In this document: positions 8,673-15,801 of the stretch, one piece after another | Position numbering within the stretch: position 1 is the first letter of the stretch | Layout: each line of letters opens with the position of its first letter | Assembly: GCF_006345805.1 (NCBI RefSeq) | Contig: NW_021825340.1 | Coordinates: 1 to 15,801, forward strand | Reading direction: 5' to 3' | DNA length: 15,801 bases | DNA from: Octopus sinensis | Taxonomy: Eukaryota | Translations under genes and position numbers: made by a program | The notes under the pieces: model-generated | Database searches by the model: none | What the model saw: the letters and a program-made list of their open reading frames with translations, nothing else | What the model was told of the DNA's origin: nothing

Positions 8673-8984
8673 GTAATTTGATCATAAGATGATAGTGTGA
8701 CCTTGAGATGACAGTTAAAGGTATTTTCTACTACGTACATTAAAAGTACTTTTGGTAATGTTTACAAATTAAAATGTTTTTGAGATTACATAGACAATAT
8801 TTTTCGTAGGATAATAAGCTCCCATGGGCATTATCTTTTTCTTTTCTTCCATTTTTTTTTATTTCGTGGTATCTGAGACAGGTAGCAATCAGCTCCTTTT
8901 GCTATCATTCCTGGGTACTTATGATAAAAGGTATTGTTTTAGTCTTGAGGTTGCACAATTTGCCAATTTCCATTTCAAGGTCTA

Positions 8985-9146
8985 TATTTTCGGCCGTCTT
9001 TTACGCTCTGAATTTAAATTCCGCCGAGCTCGACTTTGCCTTCATCCTTTCGGGGTCGAAATATTAAGTACCAGTTGCATACTGAGGGAGATCTAGCCGA
9101 CTGGCCTCCTCCCAAAATTCCAGGCCTTGTGCCTATAGTAGAAAGA
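8985..9146 (+). mobile_element. SINE family B, diverged 5'-truncated terminal monomer
   Basis: Matches 9904-10070 including CAGGCCTTGTGCCTATAGTAGAAA and a following (ATT)n tail. Confidence 0.85.
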
Positions 9147-9160
9147 ATTAATATTATTAT

Positions 9161-9675
9161 TGAGTGAGAGAGCAGTGCATGTCATCAAAGTGACACTGGG
9201 ATAAAATATACGAAGCCCAGTATACCCATCATGACTACTCGTCTGATAAGGGTACACTAGGCACATGCATCACAACCATATGTGCGCAACATGGTGATCT
9301 CATATCAAGATAAACAGCACATGGCCTTGCAGATGGGGCCTAGTTAGAATTTTCTTCTGGTTAAGTAGCCCATCCCGCTCAAAAGGTCCCTGAATAAGGG
9401 TTGTTAAAGGATGTTGAACGAAACACCCATGTTTCCAGAGGTGAATTAATCAAACCCCAAGAAGCCACTCTCAACACATGGCTATGATTTCTCCCCCCTA
9501 CTTCTGTTCGTGATCAGAGATACACATATCGTCAGCCACTAAGGGACATGCTCAACTGGTTAAGGTCAGACAAGCAAATCTGTGGTGTTGCGCAGAATAT
9601 TTGCTGTAGCCCATCTTTTATACCAAAACAAAACAATGTACATCATAACGCTTCCGGTTAGTTAATATCAGAAGC
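9161..9675 (-). mobile_element. repeat family C, copy 3
   Basis: Reverse complement of 7284-7750, more diverged, ~50 bp longer at its 5' side, abutting (ATT)n at the same fixed end. Confidence 0.9.
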
Positions 9676-9676
9676 T

Positions 9677-10070
9677 GGCGAGCTGGCAGAATCGTTAGCA
9701 TGCCGGGCGAAATGCATAGCGGTATTTCGTCTGCCATTACGTTCTGAGTTCAAAGTCCGCCGATGTCGACTTTTCCTTTCATCCTTTCGGGGTCGATAAA
9801 TTAAGTACCAGTTACGCACTGGGTCGATGTAATTGACTTAATCCGTTTGTTTGTCCTTGTTTGTCCTCTCTGTGTTTAACCCCTTGTGGGTAGTAAAGAA
9901 ATAGGTATTTCGTCTGCCGCTACGTTCTGAGTTCAAATTCCACCAAGATCGACTTTTCCTTTCATCCTTTCGGGGTCGATAAATTAAGTACCAGTTGCGT
10001 TTTGGGGTCGATCTAATCGACTTAGCCCCCCCAAAAAAAAAAATTTCAGGTCTTGTGCCTAGAGTAGAAA
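9677..10070 (+). mobile_element. SINE family B, full-length dimeric copy
   Basis: Head GGCGAGCTGGCAGAATCGTTAG (A-box-like), GAGTTCAAAGTCC (B-box-like). GGTATTTCGTCTGCC recurs at 9721 and 9904 (183-bp period). Core TTTCATCCTTTCGGGGTCGATAAATTAAGTACCAG resembles the Meta/MESC-type conserved SINE domain from memory. (ATT)n tail 10071-10152. Confidence 0.9.
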
Positions 10071-10083
10071 ATATTATTATTAC

Positions 10084-10139
<56 letters not shown>

Positions 10140-10152
10140 TATTATTATTATT

Positions 10153-10243
10153 GATGACGCATGGCCTAGTGGTTAGGGTGTTACACTCGTGATCACGAGA
10201 TCGTGGTTTCAATTTCTAGACCGGATAGTGCGTTTGTGTTCTT
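10153..10243 (+). mobile_element. isolated tRNA-like SINE head related to family D
   Basis: A box TGGCCTAGTGG (10162-10172), TTAGGG, GATCGTGGTTTCAATTTCTAGACCGG aligns to the head of 11905-12290. Confidence 0.8.
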
Positions 10244-10739
10244 CTTATTAATAATTTATATTATTGCCATTATTTCATCTAAGTCCAATTGAATAAAAAC
10301 ATCAGTCAAGTACAAATGTCAGAGTATTCAGCTATGTACCATTATGCTTTTGTTAGCAATTATTTATTACCAATTCTCGGTGTTCTCATATTCTTAATGA
10401 ATACAAAAACAAACATATTTTATAAAAACAGCATCGGCAATTGGCCAATTATTGAGAATAATAAAGGCAGTGTTTCAATTGTGATGAATAATTATTTCGC
10501 CCTTCAACTGTCAGATATAATATTCATTTTACATGCTGGTGATTAATATTCAATCGACGATTTAATCTGTGTTTAAATTTGTAATTATTAATGATAATGA
10601 ATAATAATTGCAAAATGGCGCAAAGTAAAAATTGTATTCACGGCAGTGGAAACAGGAGTTTATTCGATGTTCAGACATTAATAAGGAAATACATTTTATG
10701 TGTGAACACACACACACACACTGAGAGAGAGGGGGGAGA

Positions 10740-11791
10740 GAAATAGTGAAGGACAGAGAGAGAAAGAGTGAAAGACAGAGAGAGAAAAAGTGAAAGACAG
10801 AGAGAGGAAGAGTGAAAGACAGAGAGAGGAAGAGTGAAAGACAGAGAGAGAAAGAGGGAAAGACAGCGAGAGAAAGAGGGAAAGACAGAGAGAGAAAGAG
10901 GGAAAGACAGAGAGAGAAAGAGGGAAAGACAGAGAGAGAGGGAAGACGGAGAGAGAAAGAGTGAAAGACAGAGAGAGAAAGAGTGAAAGACAGAGAGAGG
11001 AAGAGTGAAAGACAGAGAGAGGAAGAGTGAAAGACAGAGAGAGAAAGAGTGAAAGACAGAGAGAGGAAGAGGGAAAGACAGAGAGAGAAAGAGTGAAAGA
11101 CAGAGAGAGGAAGAGTGAAAGTCAGAGAGAGAAAGAGTGAAAGATAGAGAGAGGAAGAGTGAAAGACAGAGAGAGAAAGAGGGAAAGACAGAGAGAGAAA
11201 GAGTGAAAGACAGAGAGAGAAAGAGTGAAAGACAGAGAGAGAAAGAGTGAAAGACAGAGAGAGAAAGAGGGAAAGACACAGAGAGAAAGAGGGAAAGACA
11301 GAGAGAGAAAGAGTGAAAGACAGAGAGAAAGTGTGAAAGACAGAGAGAGAAAGTGTGAAAGACAGAGAGAGAAAGAGTGAAAAAGAGAGAGAGAAAGAGT
11401 GAAAGACAGAGAGAGAAAGAGTGAAAGACAGAGAGAGAAAGAGTGAAAGACAGGGAGAGAAAGAGTGAAAGACAGAGAGAGAAAGAGGGAAAGACAGAGA
11501 GAGAAAGAGGGAAAGACAGAGAGAGAAAGAGTGAAAGACAGAGAGAGAAAGAGGGAAAGACAGAGAGAGAAAGAGTGAAAGACAGAGAGAGAAAGAGTGA
11601 AAGACAGAGAGAGAAAGAGTGAAAGACAGAGAGAAAGAGTGAAAGACAGAGAGAGAAAGAGGGAAAGACAGAGAGAGAAAGAGGGAAAGACAGAGAGAGA
11701 AAGAGTGAAAGACAGAGAGAGAAAGAGTGAAAGACAGAGAGAAAGAGTGAGAGACAGAGAGAGGAAGAGTGAAAGACAGAGAGAGAAAGAG
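10740..11791. repeat. 22-bp purine-rich minisatellite, ~48 copies
   Basis: Unit GAAAGAGTGAAAGACAGAGAGA with recurrent T/G and A/G variants and occasional 20-bp units. Confidence 0.97.
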
Positions 11792-11904
11792 AGGGAGGGA
11801 AAGAGAGCGGGGAAACTAATAAGTAGGTAGACAGAGAACTCAAATAGTGAGAGAATAAGAAATTATACCCTGGACATCATTAGCTTACAACTGTTTCTAC
11901 TATA

Positions 11905-12290
11905 GTGGAAGCACTCCGTCGGTTACGACGACGAGGGTTCCGGTTGATCCGATCAACGGAACAGCCTGCTCGTGAAATTAACGTGTAAGTGGCTGAGCAC
12001 TCCACAGACACGTGTACCCTTAACGTAGTATCTTGGGGATATTCAACGTGACACAGAGAGTGACAAGGCCGGCCCTTTGAAATACAGGTACAACAGAAAC
12101 AGGAAGTAAGAGTGAGAGAAAGTTGTGGTGAAAGAGTACAACAGGGATCACCACCATCCCCTGCCGGAGCCTCGTGGAGCTTTAGGTGTTTTCGCTCAAT
12201 AAACACTCACAACGCCCGGTCTGGGAATCGAAACCGCGATCCTACGACCGCGAGTCCGCTGCCCTAACCACTGGGCCATTGCGCCTCCAC
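11905..12290 (-). mobile_element. tRNA-derived SINE, family D, full length (possibly octopus OR-type, tRNA-Arg-like)
   Basis: Minus-strand head GTGGAGGCGCAATGGCCCAGTGGTTAGGGCAGCGGACTCGCGGTCGTAGGATCGCGGTTTCGATTCC (A and B boxes). Strong hairpin near the 3' end (plus strand GTTCCGGTTGATCCGATCAACGGAAC). CpGs well preserved. Family name is tentative. Confidence 0.88.
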
Positions 12291-13550
12291 TAGATGCATA
12301 TAGGTATACAGATAAATAGATATACATATTAGGGTTACGACTTTTTCACACCCTAATAACCCTATACTGGAATTCGATGAATAATTTTATAAAAGTCAGG
12401 AAACTAATATTTATTTTGCTTTATTTGCAAAAAAATGACCCCCTCACAACTTAAGAAATCTATCACCACTTTTGACCCAAATCAAGCAAAATTCTAGAGG
12501 GCTTCATAACGCCTGCTCAAGTGTTTACCAAACTTGGTGTACTGACTCAATGCAATGCAGAAATAATATATCTGAAATTTCAGCTTTCTAGTTGAAATAG
12601 TTTCGGAGTTATGGGCTTTGCGAACTATAATCACTAGATGGCAATAGATTCCCACTTCAGTATTTCTGCAACCAAAACCCTTGTAAACGCAAGAGAAATG
12701 TGGAATAAAAGTGTATTTAAACATTTTTACGATCACTGAATTGAAATTGCTCTATGCAAAGGTTCAAGACTAGGCTATTTTAAGACAGAGGCCACTACAA
12801 GCATTCGATAACATACAAAATTAAAAACAATACATATTTTTTACTTTATAGGTTTAATTTCAATTTGAATAACTATAAGAAAAAGGATGCTGAATGTTAG
12901 CAAATTTTTAAACATAAAGAATTAATATGTTTTATTTGAGAAAATAAATCGAAGCTGAAGCTTCTCCTTCCTTTTACAAACATCATAAAGATCTTGAAGA
13001 CACTTGATTGCCCGTTCTGCACGCTGATTTGTTCTGGGAATTTCCAGTTTTGATGATTCTCGACTCCGGACGTTTTTTACAAAGTTCAAAGCTTTTTGAT
13101 GAACTTGCAGGCTACCACATAACTTCTGATAATCGTGTGCATTGAACATTTGGTCAGTAAACCAAAAATCTGCCCAGCTGTAAGAGATGAATCAACAAAC
13201 ATTGAGAAGCAAAACTCTTTTCTCTGGTAGAAGAATAAATGCCAAAAGAGCTAGTATTGCTCGAGAATTCCATCTTGCATTACTTAAGTTGGGTACTTTT
13301 TGAAACTTTGCAATAGGAAATTCGTCGGTTTTTCAAAGAAACGAAATATTCTGGTCAAATGAAATAAAAATTTCATGTCATCTCGCCATCTTACGGATTC
13401 AGTAATCTTTTCTTCACTTTTATTGAAATTAACCTGGAGTTTCTCGTAATTACTTAGAAGCTCTGGGATGAATGTATATTCAATATTGGGGTATAACTTT
13501 TTTCTCCACGTTCGTTATCTATTACAACACGAAAAATTCTATCAAGGATA

Positions 13551-13965
13551 TACTCTTACTCTTTACTCTTTTACTTGTTTCAGTCATTTGACTGCGGCCA
13601 TGCTGGAGCACCGCCTTTAATCCAGCAACTCGACCCCGGGACTTATTCTTTTGTAAGCCCAGTACTTATTCTATCGGTCTCTTTTGCCGAACCGCTAAGT
13701 AACGGGGACATAAACAAACCAGCATCGGTTGTCAAGAAATGCAAGGGGGACAAACAGACACACAAACACACACATGCATAGATATATATATACATATATA
13801 CGACGGGCTTCTTTTCAGTTTCCGTCTACCAAATCCACTCACAAGGCTTTGGTCGGCCCGAGGCTATAGTAGAGGACACTTGCCCAAGGTGCCACGCAGT
13901 GGGACTGAACCCGGAACCATGTGGTTGGTAAACATGCTACTTACCACACAGCCACTCCTGCGCCT
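13551..13965 (-). mobile_element. tRNA-derived SINE, family A, copy 3
   Basis: Full-length match to copy 2; inserted immediately after the CQHH codons of the transposase. Confidence 0.95.
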
Positions 13966-14195
13966 ATGATGCTGACAACCAATAAGTTGCGGTTCTTTCA
14001 AACCCTTTTGAGCAAACAGTCTTTGCAACTGAATGACAATGGCATTTCTTTTCCCAGTGTTCATACTCGTTGTATCAGCGGCAATCATCTTTACACAGCT
14101 ACATAAATTGTATTCATCTGAAACAGCTGTTATTCCTTTCACAACAGTATCGGCTTTTCTCTTTGGTAATCGGAGTCCTTCTAACTTACCTTCTC

Positions 14196-14427
14196 CTTTA
14201 CTCTTTTACTCTTTTACTTGTTTCAGTCATTTGACTGCGGCCATGCTGGAGCACCGCCTTTAGTCGAGCAAATCGACCCCGGGACTTATTCTTTGTAAGC
14301 CCAGTACTTATTCTATCGGTCTCTCTTGCCGAACCGCTAAGTGACGGGGACGTAAACACACCAGCATCGGTTGTCAAGCAATACTAGGGGGACAAACACA
14401 GAACACAAAACATACACACACATATAG

Positions 14428-14477
<50 letters not shown>

Positions 14478-14629
14478 TACGACAGGCTTCTACCAAATCT
14501 ACTCACAAGGCTTTGGTCGGCCCGAGGCTATAGCAGAAGACACTTGCCCAAGGTGCCACGCAGTGGGACTGAACCCGTAACCATGTGGTTGGTTAGCAAG
14601 CTACTTACCACACAGCCACTCCTGCACCT
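14196..14629 (-). mobile_element. tRNA-derived SINE, family A, copy 4
   Basis: Full-length match with expanded internal (TA)n and a ~14-bp deletion beside it; inserted between the first and second catalytic aspartates of the transposase. Confidence 0.95.
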
Positions 14630-14859
14630 TGTTCATTCTTTAAAACTAACACTTGGTATTCTTGGTCATCAATATATTTACCATCAAAATGCAATGACGA
14701 GTAGGGGTGATTAGGTGATGGTCTAGGGCTTAGGGGCGGGAGACCCCAAACCTTGGAAAAAAAACTAGGGTTAGGGTTCCACTGGGAGGCGGCCCTCGAA
14801 GTCGCTGGAAATGGAGATCTCCAGGTCCAAATTCTTGGACGGCGCTGCTGGTTGTGGAG

Positions 14860-15500
14860 TAGGTGGTGATGGTTATATTAGTACTGGTAGTGGTTGTAGT
14901 GGTGGTAATGTTAGTAGTAGTATTTGTAGCGCTGGTGGTGATAATGATGAGGAAAATAATGATACTGATGATGGGGACGAGTGTTGTCGCAGTTCAGTCA
15001 AATTTGTTCGAGTAGACAGATGTATGAGGATGGTGATGATGATGACGATGGTGGTGGTGGTGGTGGTGGTGGGGTCGTCGTCGTCGTCGTCGTAATGATG
15101 ATAGAGATGATGATGATGGTGATGATGGTGATAATGGTGATGGTGATGATCATTAAAGTGATACAAAACGATCGAGCTGATGACAACGATTTAGAAGAAG
15201 AAGGAGAAGAAGAAGGAGGAGGAGGAGGAGGAGGAGGAGATGATGAACAAGAAGAAGAAGAAGAAGAAGAAGGAAACGAAGAAGAAGAAGAAGGGGAGGA
15301 GGAGGAGGAGGAGGAGAAGATGATGAACAAGAAGAAGAAGAAGAAGAAGAAGGAAAGAAGAAGAAGAAGAAGAAGAAGAAGAAGAAGGGGAGGAGGAGGA
15401 GGAGGAGGAGGAGAAGATGATGAACAAGAAGAAGAAGAGGAAGAAGAAGAAGAACAACAACAACAACAGCAACAACAACAAGACAAGGAGGAAGAGGACG
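14860..15500. repeat. compound trinucleotide microsatellite (GGT/GAT/GTC/GAA/GGA/CAA)
   Basis: Directly visible; homopolymeric ORFs in several frames on both strands. Confidence 0.92.
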
Positions 15501-15766
15501 GAGGTGAAGCACACGCCAAAAAATCGAAGTATTCCAATTACGTTGTTCAGTAAAATACATTAGAAAGTAATTCTGAGGTAAGGAATCAGCCAAGCCATAG
15601 AAATTGGATGGAGGAGATATAACTGGCATATAATTGATATGGCGGTGGTGGGGGTTGGGGGGGCGGTGATGGTGGCGACGGCAACAGTGGCGGTGACGGC
15701 AGCGGCGGTGGCAGTAGTGGTGGGGTGGTGGTGGTGTATGGTGCCTGCTGCAGTAGGGGTGATGGC

Positions 15767-15801
15767 CCGATAGAATAAACCCTGGGGGTCGATTTCGTCG
15801 A
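15767..15801 (+). mobile_element. SINE family A-related core fragment running off the window
   Basis: CCGATAGAATAAACCCTGGGGGTCGATTTCGTCGA resembles 4150-4205 with the segment between the two AGAATAA-like repeats missing. Confidence 0.6.

Larger units (their letters stand above)
12922..14700 (-). pseudogene. hAT-type DDE transposase, catalytic domain, degenerate
   Basis: Removing SINEs gives SLHFDGKYIDDQEYQVLVLKNE|..KLEGLRLP..IAADTTSMNTGK..LIGCQHH|ILDRIFRVVID..WRDDMKFLFHLT..PNLSNARWNSRAILAL..RTNQRAERAIK..FSNKTY*: D, D, CxxH, RW and E motifs in hAT order, with frameshifts and an internal stop. Confidence 0.88.
12330..14701 (-). mobile_element. 5'-truncated hAT-superfamily (hATm-like) DNA transposon with two nested SINEs
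   Basis: Transposase remnant 12922-14700, ~590 bp of downstream non-coding sequence and a candidate terminus TAGGGTTACG at 12330. The other terminus is not seen, so the boundary is inferred. Confidence 0.7.

Noticed and set aside
10740-11791. CRISPR-like array
   Set aside because: Head-to-tail units without unique spacers, in eukaryotic context with no cas genes.
10671-11843. 390-aa minus-strand ORF, the longest in the window
   Set aside because: It is the translation of the 22-bp minisatellite; the pyrimidine-rich strand lacks stops and there is no domain signal.
12210-12290. Functional tRNA gene (also heads at 3863 and 10153)
   Set aside because: A and B boxes present but no proper acceptor stem or anticodon arm, and each is fused to SINE body sequence.
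14981-15629. Acidic/Gly-rich 190-aa ORF and overlapping ORFs
   Set aside because: Trinucleotide microsatellite open in several frames on both strands; the acidic frame shifts at GGGG runs.

Overview
AT-rich, repeat-saturated eukaryotic DNA with no credible intact host gene. The SINE families resemble those I recall from octopus (coleoid cephalopod) genomes; this is recognition from memory, not a database result. Almost every ORF in the track is a microsatellite or SINE artefact. Supportable content: three tRNA-derived SINE families (here A, B, D), a complete 374-bp non-autonomous Helitron, a ~355-bp foldback element, a dead DD34D mariner 3' half, a dead hAT-superfamily (hATm-like) transposase that can be rebuilt across two SINE insertions, (TAA)n-tailed non-LTR remnants, a ~1-kb 22-bp purine minisatellite and many microsatellites. 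The most interesting region is 4987-5692: a Penelope-type minimal hammerhead ribozyme with an unusually long stem II (5399-5485) beside a perfect 103-bp-arm palindrome carrying half of a related hammerhead. Also notable are a duplication/inversion at 6539-8085 with junctions at (AAT)n tracts (real or assembly artefact) and a tail-less SINE whose two ends are complementary and flanked by TA.
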